DNA of 64,000 nt from Bacteroidales bacterium (lineage in GTDB: Bacteria; Bacteroidota; Bacteroidia; Bacteroidales; ML635J-15): positions 92,683 to 156,682 of the forward strand of contig JAISPG010000042.1 of NCBI GenBank assembly GCA_031275085.1. Direction: 5' to 3'. Shown piece after piece: positions 31,200 through 42,013 of this stretch. Every line of letters starts with the position of its first letter. The stretch's first letter is position 1. The notes below the pieces were generated by a model. The model was given only the letters and a program-made list of their open reading frames with translations. It was not told the origin of the DNA and made no database searches. Both the position numbers and the translations under genes were made by a program.

Positions 31200-32801
31200 T
31201 TATACTTCTTCGTCAATGATTATAGTAGTATCCGGTTCGTTATTTTTGTTATTTTCAGGATTTTTCCCTTTAAGATAATCGGGGATCTCCATACCTGCCA
31301 TTTTAAATAATTCATCAAAAGGAGGAATTGACCCAAGCATTCCTGACAGAAAATTTGCTGTAGTAGGAGTTTTCCCGTCTTTTCCCATAGTATCCCAAAC
31401 AGTGATCTTGTCAATTTTAAGGTTTTTGATTGCTTCAACCTGAGTTTTAACAATTTCAGGCAGTTTATCAGCAATCATCAGCAATACTGCATCTCTGGAG
31501 TTGTCACCTGCTGCCTTAACGATCCTATCGAACCCTTCAGCCTGTTTGCTGAGGATCTCGTATATCCCCTTCCCTTCAGCCTGCATTTTTAGTAATAAAG
31601 CATCTGCTTCCCCTCTTGCCAGTCGCCGCGTTTGTTCAGCTATGGCATCGGCAGCAATTTCAATTTTTTGTTTGTCTATTTCGGTAGGAACAACAACATT
31701 TGCATATTGAGTAGCTTTATCTCTGGAAGCACGTACTTCTTCGGCGAGTTTTTCCGCAGCATAAGCATCTTCTAAAGCTTTTGCCTTTTTAATTTTTTCT
31801 GCTGAAATAGCAATTCTTTCAGCTTCAGCTTCCTGTTCACGACGGGCTGCATTTGAGTTTGCAATAGTAATTTTTGCTAAGTTTTCTCCTTCTACTGCGC
31901 TAGCGTCGGCTTCCGAAGTTTTGATACGTTCTAATTTTTCGGCATCGACTTCACCTATACGGCGGTTTGCGTTGGAACTTGCAATAGTAACTTTTGCAAG
32001 GTTTTCGCCTTCAACAGCATTAGCGTCGGCTTCGGAAGTTTTGATACGTTCATGGCGCTGAGCATCTGCTTCTCCAATTTTTGCATAAGCAACAGCACTT
32101 GCTACCTGTACACGTTGTTCTTTTTCTGCTTCTGCCTGCCCGATCTCTCCATCGCGGTTCTTTTCGGCAACAGATATTTTTGCATCATTAATTGCTTTTG
32201 CTGCAGCTTCTTTTCCTAATGCTATAATATAGCCCGATTCGTCGTTTATATCAGTTACGTTTACATTGATAAGTTTTAAGCCGATCTTTTTTAATTCTGC
32301 TTCTACATTTGATGAAACTGCTTCAAGGAATTTATCGCGGTTTGAGTTTATTTCTTCAATTTCCATTGTCGCAACAACCAGACGTAATTGTCCGAATAGT
32401 ATATCTTCTCCGAGTTTGCTTATTTCCTGCTGTGTCAGTCCCAATAACCTTTCTGCAGCATTGTTCATTACTCCCGGTTCTGTACTTATTCCAACAGTAA
32501 ACCTTGAAGGTACATCAACACGGATATTTTGTTTTGACAAAGCACTGCGAAGGTTTATTTCAATTGAAAACGGAGTAAGATCCAAAAAGTCATAAGCCTG
32601 AATCACCGGCCATACAAATGCAGCTCCTCCATGAATACATTTTGCCGATCGGGAATCTGTGCCTGAACTTCCTATTTTACCGTAGATTACTAAAATATGA
32701 TCAGAAGGGCATCGCTTGTACCTTCTTAGAAATGTTACAATTAAAATGAAAACGAATAAAATTGCTAATGCAATTACAATTACAAAATAATTTACTGACA
32801 T
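31200..32801 (-). CDS. Flotillin-like SPFH/band-7 protein (YqiK/FloT type)
   Basis: It has an N-terminal TM helix, an SPFH domain and a long EA-rich coiled-coil. It is paired with an NfeD gene. Confidence 0.85.
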   Translation of the reverse strand: MSVNYFVIVIALAILFVFILIVTFLRRYKRCPSDHILVIYGKIGSSGTDSRSAKCIHGGAAFVWPVIQAYDFLDLTPFSIEINLRSALSKQNIRVDVPSRFTVGISTEPGVMNNAAERLLGLTQQEISKLGEDILFGQLRLVVATMEIEEINSNRDKFLEAVSSNVEAELKKIGLKLINVNVTDINDESGYIIALGKEAAAKAINDAKISVAEKNRDGEIGQAEAEKEQRVQVASAVAYAKIGEADAQRHERIKTSEADANAVEGENLAKVTIASSNANRRIGEVDAEKLERIKTSEADASAVEGENLAKITIANSNAARREQEAEAERIAISAEKIKKAKALEDAYAAEKLAEEVRASRDKATQYANVVVPTEIDKQKIEIAADAIAEQTRRLARGEADALLLKMQAEGKGIYEILSKQAEGFDRIVKAAGDNSRDAVLLMIADKLPEIVKTQVEAIKNLKIDKITVWDTMGKDGKTPTTANFLSGMLGSIPPFDELFKMAGMEIPDYLKGKNPENNKNNEPDTTIIIDEEV

Positions 32802-32816
32802 ATCTTTCCTTTTTTA

Positions 32817-33407
32817 TTATAATAATTCAACTATTAGAATGTTTCCGGGATTGACACCGGTAATCTTCACGATGCTGCCTGTTTTTATTTCTTCAGAACT
32901 ATTATTGATAGCATCCAAAGTTTTTATTCCGTTTATATTTACCTGAACTTTCCCAATTCCGGCATTTTTTGCAGGAATCCTTAAATAAACCTGGGCAGTT
33001 TTTCCTATTGCAGATTCAATTTTCATGGAACCATTTTCAACAAGTTTTCCCATATAGTAGAAAATACTTGCCATTATTATCATCATCAGCAAACCTGCGA
33101 TAATAGATATTACAATGCATAACCAGTTATTAAGACCAGCGTCCAGACATGCTATCCCAGTCCAGCTGAAAATTGTAAAAAAACCAATTAGATTTTTTAA
33201 TGAGATGAACTGAAAACCAATTCCATCGTCTGTCTCTATTTCCAGATCGGAACTTCCTGTATTATCCAGGTCTGTGTCACCTATTCCGCCAATAATGGTC
33301 ATTATTAACTGAATTAAGAATATTATACTGAAAGGGATTGCAATTGCCCAATAAATCTGTTCCAATGTTTCCATTGAACTCCACCATGTGCCTAATGATA
33401 ATAACAT
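32817..33407 (-). CDS. NfeD-family membrane protein (flotillin partner, C-terminal OB-fold)
   Basis: It has TM helices followed by a beta-rich C-terminus (KVQVNINGIKTLDAI...GSIVKITGV). It lies immediately upstream of the flotillin gene in the same orientation. Confidence 0.65.
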   Translation of the reverse strand: MLLSLGTWWSSMETLEQIYWAIAIPFSIIFLIQLIMTIIGGIGDTDLDNTGSSDLEIETDDGIGFQFISLKNLIGFFTIFSWTGIACLDAGLNNWLCIVISIIAGLLMMIIMASIFYYMGKLVENGSMKIESAIGKTAQVYLRIPAKNAGIGKVQVNINGIKTLDAINNSSEEIKTGSIVKITGVNPGNILIVELL

Positions 33408-33627
33408 AACTTACAAATTAAACAATTAAGTGTAAAAGTAATATTAATTTAAATATTTGCAAATAGTTGAAAACAGAAAATTAAAAGTGCCTTGTTCTTG
33501 GTCAAAACTTTCTATCAGGATTTTTAGCTTTAGAAGTTTTTAAATTTCAACTTTGTATTAATTTGTTTTTTGAGCATTGAAACTTTATTTTTGTTTTATA
33601 TAATGTGCTAAGTTTTGAAATTTTATT

Positions 33628-34449
33628 ATGTCGGAGGATAAGGTTTTACAAATAGATGTTGACGGGATCATAAGGTCAAGAAGTGAATCTTTATATAGGA
33701 AAGTACCGGGATTTATTATCAGGTATCTGAAGAAAATAGTACATCAGGATGAAATTAATGAATTCTTATTATCTGCAAAAGGTAAAGAAGGACATGAATT
33801 TGTTGATGCGGTAAATATTTTTTTGGATATAAAAATTGAAACATTTGGGTTTGAAAATGTACCTGATTACGGAAGGTTTGTTTTTGTTGCAAATCACCCT
33901 ATGGGAGGAATGGAAAGTATGGCAATGATGAAAGTTATTGCACAAAAATATAAAGATTTTGTTTTTGTGGTGAACGATCTTCTTATGCACCTTACTCCAA
34001 TGAATGATATTTTTGTTCCCATAAATAAGTTAGGATCACAATCAAGGGAAAGTGTAAAACTCCTTAATGATATATATAAGTCTGATAAACAAATATTATA
34101 TTTTCCTGCAGGACTGGTATCCAGAAAAATTAATGGAAAAATTGTGGATTTGCCCTGGCAGAAAAGCTTTGTGGCCAGATCTGTTGAAACACACAGAGAT
34201 ATTATTCCGGTATATATTGAAGGACGGAATTCGAATTTTTTTTACAATCTGGCAAAGTTTCGTAAAAAACTAGGTATTAAATTCAATATTGAAATGATGT
34301 TTCTTGTAAATGAGATGTTTAAACAACGCGGACAAACCATAAAATTATATTTCGGAGAACCTGTTTCATATAAAAGTTTTGATAAAAGTAAAAGTTATCC
34401 GGAATGGGCAGAATATTTAAGAAATATGGTATACAGGCTTAAAGCTTAA
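33628..34449 (+). CDS. PlsC-family (lysophospholipid/glycerol) acyltransferase
   Basis: An HX4D/E-like block NHPMGGMES is present, and the PAGLVSR-type motif appears as FPAGLVSR. Confidence 0.6.
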   Translation: MSEDKVLQIDVDGIIRSRSESLYRKVPGFIIRYLKKIVHQDEINEFLLSAKGKEGHEFVDAVNIFLDIKIETFGFENVPDYGRFVFVANHPMGGMESMAMMKVIAQKYKDFVFVVNDLLMHLTPMNDIFVPINKLGSQSRESVKLLNDIYKSDKQILYFPAGLVSRKINGKIVDLPWQKSFVARSVETHRDIIPVYIEGRNSNFFYNLAKFRKKLGIKFNIEMMFLVNEMFKQRGQTIKLYFGEPVSYKSFDKSKSYPEWAEYLRNMVYRLKA

Positions 34450-34662
34450 CTAAAAATATTTTTGTATTCTGAATTTTTTATATTACAAGAATTTTAACGA
34501 AGCATTTAAGTAATTTACTGACCATTTAACTCCTAACTTTTCAGATCTTTAAAAAACTACAAACTTATTACTATTTTTGCTTATGGAATGTTAATTATAT
34601 TTTTCTCAAGAATAAAACATATTATATTTGTAAAAATAAATTTTAATTTAAAGAAGTTGATT

Positions 34663-35949
34663 ATGAATTGTTTACGTATTTTATTGTTTACTATCCAATT
34701 AACAGTTTTATCTTTTTATTTGTCGGCAAGTGAACTTTATGACATGCTTGTAAAGCTTCCCGGCGTAGTAAAAGTTGAAGAAAAAGGAACAAATCCTTTC
34801 TTTTCAGAAAAATATCTTGTATGGTTTGAACAGGCATTAGATCAGGATAATCCTGCTGCAGGTACTTTCAGGCAAAGAGTATTTGTAAATCACAAAAGTT
34901 TTGATATTCCTGTGGTGTATACTACGGAAGGTTATAATGGTGATTATGCTGCTGAAGATAAATACATTAATGAATTATGCAGGATATTAACGGCAAACGA
35001 AGTTTTTGTTGAACACAGGTATTTTTCGGAGTCAGTACCTGATCCTGTTAACTGGGAATATCTTACAACAAAAAATGCAGCTACCGATCATCATACAATC
35101 TTTAAAGCATTAAAAACTATTTACCATGGAAAGTGGGTCAGTACCGGAATCAGTAAAGGCGGTGAAACATGTCTTTTGTACCAGATGTATTACCCTGATG
35201 ACATGGATGCAGTAGTTGCATATGTCGCCCCTGTCGCAAAGGCGGTTGAAGACGGTCGTCATGAAATATTCATAAGCAAAACCGGAACATCAAAAGACAG
35301 AAAAAAAATACTGGATTTCCAAAAAGAAATATTAAAAAGGAGGGAAATAATTTTCCCAATGTTTGAGAATTTTGTGAAAGCATCAAATTTAACATTCAGG
35401 TTACCTCTTGAAGAAGTATATGATTATTGTGTTTTAGAATTTTCTTTTTCATTTTGGCAATGGTATGGAAATACAGATAGGATCCCTTCAAAAAAAGAAT
35501 CAAATACTATACTGTTCCAATATTTTATTGCAGTGGCTGGTCCTGCTTATTTTTCAATAGAAGGTTCGGAATCCACTTTCCCGTTTTTCTACCAGGCAGC
35601 AAGAGAACTTGGATATTACGGTTATGATACGAAACCATTTAAGAAATTGCTGGTTATAGAATCTGCAGAAGAATATTTATCTAAAATATTTATACCAGAG
35701 GAAATGAAAATAAATTTTGAACCGCAAACCTCTATAAATCTTGAAAAATTTATAAGTTCAGATGCAAAAAATACCTTTATGATATATGGTGAGTATGATC
35801 CATGGACAGCAGTAGCTCCGGATCCTGGAGAGAATAAGAATGTGAAGAAAATAATATCTCCTAAAGGAACACATATGACCAGAATCCTGAACTTACCAAA
35901 AATATTACAGGATGAAATAGTAAAAGATCTTGACAAAATTATGAATTAA
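34663..35949 (+). CDS. Secreted alpha/beta-hydrolase serine peptidase-like protein (S28/S37-like)
   Basis: The internal ATG at 34663 yields a signal peptide (MNCLRILLFTIQLTVLSFYLSA). A nucleophile-elbow-like GISKGG is present. Family assignment is uncertain. Confidence 0.4.
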   Translation: MNCLRILLFTIQLTVLSFYLSASELYDMLVKLPGVVKVEEKGTNPFFSEKYLVWFEQALDQDNPAAGTFRQRVFVNHKSFDIPVVYTTEGYNGDYAAEDKYINELCRILTANEVFVEHRYFSESVPDPVNWEYLTTKNAATDHHTIFKALKTIYHGKWVSTGISKGGETCLLYQMYYPDDMDAVVAYVAPVAKAVEDGRHEIFISKTGTSKDRKKILDFQKEILKRREIIFPMFENFVKASNLTFRLPLEEVYDYCVLEFSFSFWQWYGNTDRIPSKKESNTILFQYFIAVAGPAYFSIEGSESTFPFFYQAARELGYYGYDTKPFKKLLVIESAEEYLSKIFIPEEMKINFEPQTSINLEKFISSDAKNTFMIYGEYDPWTAVAPDPGENKNVKKIISPKGTHMTRILNLPKILQDEIVKDLDKIMN

Positions 35950-36720
35950 ATGATTTCCAAAATAATAATACTGGGAACTGGTAACGTTGCAACAAACTTT
36001 GTCTGTGCATTAAAGGGTACAGATGTGAAAGTCGCCCAGATATACGACCGCCATATTGAAAAAGCCGGAAAATTGGCAAAAGAAATAAATGCAGAAGCAA
36101 TTAGTTCGATAAAGGATATAGATACTGATATTGATGCCTGTTTTTTTATGCTTAGTGATACCGGTATTATTGAAACGGTTGGGCAGATGAAGAAAAATAA
36201 TAAAATTTTGGTGCATACTGCAGGAAGTCTTTCAATGAATATCTTTAAAAGTAAGACAGACAATTTTGGGGTATTTTATCCATTTCAGACATTTACCAAA
36301 GAGATGCCGATAGATTTTAGTAATGTGCCTGCATGTCTTGAAGCTTCAAATAGAGCTACATTTAATTTCCTTAAAGAAATTGCCGAAAAATTAAAATGTA
36401 AAGTCTATGAAATTAATGAAGAAAAAAGACAATATTTACATTTATCAGGTGTATTTGCTTGTAATTTTATGAATCATTGTATATTTTTAGGCAATAAAGT
36501 TTTAGAAGATCATGGGATTGATAGAGAGATAATTAAACCATTGTTGGAGCAAAGCTTTAAAAAAATATTGGCAATAGGAGCAGAAAAGTCTCAGACCGGA
36601 CCGGCAAAAAGGAATGATAAAGTAATAATAGACAAACATCTTGAATTGTTAAAAGACGACAAACGGATGTCGGATATTTATAAAATATTAACAGAGAGTA
36701 TAATGAATTTTAATATATAA
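35950..36720 (+). CDS. Rossmann-fold DUF2520-like putative oxidoreductase
   Basis: An N-terminal dinucleotide-binding motif ILGTGNVATNF is present. Confidence 0.5.
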   Translation: MISKIIILGTGNVATNFVCALKGTDVKVAQIYDRHIEKAGKLAKEINAEAISSIKDIDTDIDACFFMLSDTGIIETVGQMKKNNKILVHTAGSLSMNIFKSKTDNFGVFYPFQTFTKEMPIDFSNVPACLEASNRATFNFLKEIAEKLKCKVYEINEEKRQYLHLSGVFACNFMNHCIFLGNKVLEDHGIDREIIKPLLEQSFKKILAIGAEKSQTGPAKRNDKVIIDKHLELLKDDKRMSDIYKILTESIMNFNI

Positions 36721-36911
36721 TAAGAAAATAGATATGAGAAAGAATAAATCACAAACAAGTTCTATTTTTTTAAATTTCAATTCCAAAATTTAGAATTATG
36801 TGAGTTTGAAATTTGGAACTATGGTATTTAAGATTTATTTGTGATTTGTATTTTTGATATTTGTAATTTAATAAATAAAGAGGTGTTTCAGGAATAAACA
36901 TAAAATTAATA

Positions 36912-37451
36912 ATGAATTATAATCTGCGTAGTTTGAATTTTAAAGAGATACTGGGAAAAGTCAAAGCATTTGTTTTTGATGTAGATGGAGTTTTATCACG
37001 GTCGGTATTAAATCTTGATGATTCTGGTGAATTTATCAGAACTACAAATGTTAAAGATGGTTATATATTAAAATATGCTAAAAGGAAAGGTTTTGTAATA
37101 GGGATTATTTCAGGTGGTAATAACGAAAATATTATAAAACGTTTTCATAATCTGGGAATTGAGGATGTCATAATAAAAAGTAAACGTAAGGTAGCAGATA
37201 TGGAGATTTTTCTCGAAAAATATAATTTGAGATACGAAGATGTTTTATACATGGGGGATGATATTCCTGATCTCGAAATTATGCAGAAAGTTGGTTTGCC
37301 ATGTTGTCCCAATGATGCTGTTACTGAAATAAAAGAAATATCGGTATATATATCAAAACTGAACGGAGGAGAAGGATGTGTCAGGGATATTGTAGAACAG
37401 GTATTACGTACACATGGAAAATGGATGGATAACGATTCTTTTGAAACATAA
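36912..37451 (+). CDS. kdsC: HAD-IIIA phosphatase, KDO-8-phosphate phosphatase (KdsC/YrbI) family
   Basis: The HAD motif FDVDGVL and a C-terminal GDDIPD motif are present. Confidence 0.75.
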   Translation: MNYNLRSLNFKEILGKVKAFVFDVDGVLSRSVLNLDDSGEFIRTTNVKDGYILKYAKRKGFVIGIISGGNNENIIKRFHNLGIEDVIIKSKRKVADMEIFLEKYNLRYEDVLYMGDDIPDLEIMQKVGLPCCPNDAVTEIKEISVYISKLNGGEGCVRDIVEQVLRTHGKWMDNDSFET

Positions 37452-37453
37452 AA

Positions 37454-38428
37454 ATGATAACTTTTTTAAAACTTATCCGCTGGAAAAACATTTTGATCAT
37501 TGTTATAACTATGTTTGCAATGAGATACGCCGTAATTGCCCCTGTTTATACATATTTTGGAATTCCGGTCGTACTTTCCAAGATTAGTTTTATGTTCCTT
37601 GTACTTTCAGTAATATTTTTAGCTTCTGCCGGAAATGTAATAAATGATTATTTTGATCGCAGGGCAGATATGATAAACCGCCCTGATAATGTACTTGTCG
37701 TATTTTCAATAAGAAGAAGACAAACTATAATTATACATGCGATGTTCAGTATTTTTGGTATTATCTGCGGTTTTATAGTTTCAAACGATATTGGAAAAAC
37801 ATTCTTCGGCTGGTTCTTTATATTTGCTGTTATCATATTATGGCTGTACTCGGCAAATTTTAAAAGAAGAGCACTTATAGGAAATATTACAGCATCATTT
37901 TTTGTTGCATTGATACCTTTTTCCGTAGGAATATTTGAATTTTATGCAGTAAGGAATAAATTTCCATATCCAACATATGAAACTATTTCCGCTAGTGAAA
38001 TAGCACTTTATATGATCTTGGGTTTTTCGGTTTTTGCATTTATTTATAATTTTATTTTAGTTGTGGCAAAAGATTGCGAAAATTATGAAGGAGATAAACT
38101 TACGGGTCGTAAGACAATTCCGGTAAGGATAGGAAAAAGAAAAACAAACTGGATTTTAGGATTTATGTCATTGATTTCGGTGATCCTGGTATTTCTGACA
38201 TTATATTTATTTTTGCCTAAAGTTTTCTTTTTAAATAATGAAAAGATATGCGTATATTACATTTTTCTTTTTATTATTGTTCCGGCATTTGTGATGGCTA
38301 TAGTTTCATTTGTCGGTACTCAGAAAAGAAAATACGCGGCAGTAGAGATGATGACTAAATTTATAATGCTTTTCGGAATACTCTTCAGTCTGATTTTTAA
38401 TCATGTTGTATATGGATTCATTCAATAG
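37454..38428 (+). CDS. UbiA-family integral membrane prenyltransferase
   Basis: The Asp-rich motif NDYFDRRAD is present in a polytopic membrane protein. Confidence 0.75.
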   Translation: MITFLKLIRWKNILIIVITMFAMRYAVIAPVYTYFGIPVVLSKISFMFLVLSVIFLASAGNVINDYFDRRADMINRPDNVLVVFSIRRRQTIIIHAMFSIFGIICGFIVSNDIGKTFFGWFFIFAVIILWLYSANFKRRALIGNITASFFVALIPFSVGIFEFYAVRNKFPYPTYETISASEIALYMILGFSVFAFIYNFILVVAKDCENYEGDKLTGRKTIPVRIGKRKTNWILGFMSLISVILVFLTLYLFLPKVFFLNNEKICVYYIFLFIIVPAFVMAIVSFVGTQKRKYAAVEMMTKFIMLFGILFSLIFNHVVYGFIQ

Positions 38429-39014
38429 AATAAATAAATATAATATATTACTGGCTTCGGCAAGTATTCGCCGTCAGGAGTTATTAAAACAACTTGGAAT
38501 TAAGTTTACTATTGTATCTCCTTCTTCTGAAGAAGAAATTATTCCCGAAAATGCTTATCGTGAGGGTATTGCAGAGCGCATTGCTATGGCAAAAGCAGAT
38601 TCTTTCACTGATCTTAAAGATAATGACCTGCTTATTACTGCAGATACGATAGTTTGGATCGATGATAAAGTATTGGGAAAACCGGCTGACTATGCAGATG
38701 CTTTTCAGATGTTGAAACTTCTTAGCGGAAAAGAACATTTTGTTTTTACCGGAGTATGTCTCAAGACCAGTTCAATGATAAAAGTTTTTAGTTCTGAAAC
38801 ACTTGTGAAATTTAGTGAGTTATCAGATGAAGAAATAAGATATTATATTGAAAATTATAAACCGTATGATAAAGCAGGTGCCTATGGGATTCAGGAATGG
38901 ATAGGAAAAGTAGCGGTCGAACGTATCGAAGGCTCATTTTATAATGTTATGGGATTGCCGGTACAAAGACTGTATCAGGAGTTGAAGAAAATGTGTTTGG
39001 AAATTAAGAATTGA
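38403..39014 (+). CDS. maf: Maf-like nucleoside triphosphate pyrophosphatase
   Basis: The N-terminus ILLASASIRRQELLKQLGI is typical of Maf. The gene overlaps the preceding gene by 26 nt, and the start could be M at 38412. Confidence 0.85.
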   Translation: MLYMDSFNRINKYNILLASASIRRQELLKQLGIKFTIVSPSSEEEIIPENAYREGIAERIAMAKADSFTDLKDNDLLITADTIVWIDDKVLGKPADYADAFQMLKLLSGKEHFVFTGVCLKTSSMIKVFSSETLVKFSELSDEEIRYYIENYKPYDKAGAYGIQEWIGKVAVERIEGSFYNVMGLPVQRLYQELKKMCLEIKN

Positions 39015-39098
39015 GAATGAAAAATTAAGAATTAATAATTAGTTGCTGGGAACTGAAAATCAGGTATTGGTAACTTTCAACTTTTAACTTTATAATGT

Positions 39099-41258
39099 AT
39101 GAAAAAATTGATTAGTCTTTTATTAGTAAAAATTATTTTCCTTGGAGTATTGTTTGCAGATGAAGGGATGTGGATTCCGATTTTGCTTGAGAAGTACAAT
39201 ATAGCTGATATGCAGAAAAAAGGATTCAGGCTTACAGCTGAAGATATATACAGTATAAACGAAGCATCAATGAAAGATGCGATAGTTATATTTGGCGGAG
39301 GATGTACAGGAGAATTGATCTCACCGGAAGGGTTATTAATAACAAATCATCATTGTGGTTATGGACAAATACAGAAACACAGTTCTATAGAAAACGATTA
39401 TCTGACAAATGGATTCTGGGCAATGTCGCGTGATGAAGAACTTTCAAATCCGGGTTTAAAAGTCGTTTTTCTTGTAAGTATGAAGGATGTGACAGAAGAA
39501 GTATTGAAAGATTTGAACAGTGAAATGACAGAGTCAGATCGTAATCAGACAATTCAGAAAAATATTGATGCAATAAAAAAAGAATCAATAAAAGATACAC
39601 ATTATGAAGCTCGTGTCGAAAGTTTTTATAATGGTAATCAGTATTTTCTGTTCATTAATGAAGTGTTTACAGATGTAAGACTGGTAGGAGCACCTCCGTC
39701 AGCTATCGGAAAATTTGGCGGAGATACTGATAACTGGATGTGGCCCCGTCATACCGGAGATTTTTCATTATTCCGTATATATTCCGATAAAGATGGAAAA
39801 CCTGCAAACTATTCAAAAGAAAATATTCCTTTAAAATCTAAAAAGTATTTTCCGATTTCTACTAAAGGAGTTGAAAAAGGTGATTTTACAATGGTTTTCG
39901 GATATCCAGGGACAACACAACAATATCTTCCTTCATTTGCAGTAGAGCAGATATTATACGAAACTGATCCTGCAAGAGTAATGATCAGGGACAAAAAATT
40001 GAATGTAATGAATGAAGCAATGAACTCAGATCCGCTTATCAGGATACAATATTCGGCAAAAGCTGCCGGTGTTGCAAACGGATGGAAAAAATGGATCGGA
40101 GAAATGAGAGGATTAAAAAGACTTGACGCAGTTAACCGTAAAAAAGAATTTGAAAAAGAGTTTACAAAATGGCTTGATACGGACGTAGAATTACAAAAAA
40201 ACTACGGAAAGCTACTTCCTGAGTATCAAGAGATTTATACAGGAATATTACCGTATAATAAGGCAAATATTTATATAAATGAAGCTGGCTTAGGTGCTGA
40301 TGCTGTAGTTTTTGCGTTAAGGTTAAGATCATTGGAAACAGCTGGGACAATTTCGGACGATTTGCTCGAAGATCTCAAAAATGAAACATTAGCCAGGGCT
40401 AAAGTGCATTTTAAGGACTATAATGAAGCTACCGACAGAAGAATATTTGCTGAAATGATGAAATTTTATTTTGAGGATATGGAGCCTGAATATTATCCTT
40501 CATATTTTAATCAATTTGAAAAAATTACAAAAAATTCAAATGACAGATATAAAACGTTTGCCGATTATGTTTATGATAATTCAAATCTTGTTAATGAAGA
40601 AAAATTTGATAAGTTTATGCAGAAATTTTCTTCAAAATCTGTAAAAACGTTGAAAAATGATCCCGTATATTCAATTATGACAGATATGGTTTCTGCTTAT
40701 CAAACAAAAGTATATCCGGCTTTAAATGGATACTATTCCCGTCTTGACAGTCTGGATAGAATATACATGAAAGCACAGATGCAATTTCAGGATGAAAAAG
40801 TATTTTATCCGGATGCAAATTTTACTCTTCGAATAACTTATGGTCAGGTTGACGGATACAATCCTGCTGATGGCATTGAATACTTATATTATACAACCTT
40901 GGAAGGGATAATGGAAAAAGATAATCCTGAAATATATGATTATGATGTTCCTGTAAAACTTAAAGAACTGTATGAGACCAAAGATTATGGAAGTTATGCC
41001 GATAAAGACGGAAAAATACGTGTGGCTTTTATTGGAACTAATCATACATCCGGAGGAAATTCGGGAAGCCCTGTGGTAAATGCAAACGGTGAACTTGTTG
41101 GTGTTAATTTTGACAGGAACTGGGAAGGGACAATGAGCGATATTATGTATGATCCTGATATGTGCCGTAATATAAGTATTGATATCCGTTATGCGCTTTT
41201 TATAATAGATAAGTTTGCAGGAGCAGGCCATCTTTTGAAAGAAATGGAAATTCGTTAA
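39099..41258 (+). CDS. S46 family dipeptidyl-peptidase (DPP7/DPP11-type)
   Basis: A signal peptide is followed by the hallmark ADEGMWIP. The catalytic His (TNHHCG), Asp and Ser (GGNSGSPV) contexts are present. Confidence 0.9.
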   Translation: MKKLISLLLVKIIFLGVLFADEGMWIPILLEKYNIADMQKKGFRLTAEDIYSINEASMKDAIVIFGGGCTGELISPEGLLITNHHCGYGQIQKHSSIENDYLTNGFWAMSRDEELSNPGLKVVFLVSMKDVTEEVLKDLNSEMTESDRNQTIQKNIDAIKKESIKDTHYEARVESFYNGNQYFLFINEVFTDVRLVGAPPSAIGKFGGDTDNWMWPRHTGDFSLFRIYSDKDGKPANYSKENIPLKSKKYFPISTKGVEKGDFTMVFGYPGTTQQYLPSFAVEQILYETDPARVMIRDKKLNVMNEAMNSDPLIRIQYSAKAAGVANGWKKWIGEMRGLKRLDAVNRKKEFEKEFTKWLDTDVELQKNYGKLLPEYQEIYTGILPYNKANIYINEAGLGADAVVFALRLRSLETAGTISDDLLEDLKNETLARAKVHFKDYNEATDRRIFAEMMKFYFEDMEPEYYPSYFNQFEKITKNSNDRYKTFADYVYDNSNLVNEEKFDKFMQKFSSKSVKTLKNDPVYSIMTDMVSAYQTKVYPALNGYYSRLDSLDRIYMKAQMQFQDEKVFYPDANFTLRITYGQVDGYNPADGIEYLYYTTLEGIMEKDNPEIYDYDVPVKLKELYETKDYGSYADKDGKIRVAFIGTNHTSGGNSGSPVVNANGELVGVNFDRNWEGTMSDIMYDPDMCRNISIDIRYALFIIDKFAGAGHLLKEMEIR

Positions 41259-41333
41259 GCTATTCGGGGATATTTGGTTTTTCATAGTTTTGATTGATTA
41301 TAAAAATATGATCGTGTTTTTATAAATCATAAT

Positions 41334-41888
41334 ATGCTTGAATTTGAATATGTATTACAAAAAAATATAAAAAATAATATTATTATGATAAAATATTTTA
41401 TATGGACAAAAAGATTATTTTCTAATACATACAATATTTATTCTAATGGTAAAACGATTGGCTATTTGAAAAATAAAGCTTTTTCGCAATTAGTTAATGG
41501 TCGGTTTAATGATAAAGAGTATACTTTCAGGACAAAAGGATTTTTTAAGCAATATACAGAAATTATTGATAACACAGATAGCAGTTTAACAGGAAAAATT
41601 ACATATAATAGTTGGATGACACGTGCAATGTTGTCTGTAAATAGCAAGATATTAAACTGGAAGTATGATAATTTGTGGAATACGAAATGGTATCTTTCTG
41701 ATCAGGATAGGATTTTGATAAATTATTACGATTCAACAACAAGCGGCCAGATCAATTCAGATACGGATGATTCTTTGTTGATATTATCAGGTCTTTTTAT
41801 CGCAAATTATTATAAACAAATGACTGCTGTATCAATAATGACGCTAATTGTTCCCGTTTTGGCAGTGACTACAGTTATTTTGAGGTAA
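41334..41888 (+). CDS. Hypothetical protein (possible start at 41385, MIKYFIW...)
   Basis: There is an ORF only. The C-terminus is hydrophobic and I recognised no motif. Confidence 0.3.
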   Translation: MLEFEYVLQKNIKNNIIMIKYFIWTKRLFSNTYNIYSNGKTIGYLKNKAFSQLVNGRFNDKEYTFRTKGFFKQYTEIIDNTDSSLTGKITYNSWMTRAMLSVNSKILNWKYDNLWNTKWYLSDQDRILINYYDSTTSGQINSDTDDSLLILSGLFIANYYKQMTAVSIMTLIVPVLAVTTVILR

Positions 41889-42013
41889 GGATATTAAAAA
41901 AATGATGAGATTTTGTAATAACAAAACAAGTTATTAAACACATCATATAATTTTTTGCTTTAGGCTGTTTTTAGTTATATTTGTATTTTAAAAAAATGTT
42001 TAATCTTAAATAA

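Noticed and set aside
33628-34449. Glycine-lipid/ornithine-lipid O-acyltransferase (GlsA/OlsA) assignment
   Set aside because: It is plausible for a Bacteroidota PlsC-like protein. However, no adjacent N-acyltransferase partner is present. I kept the generic acyltransferase call.
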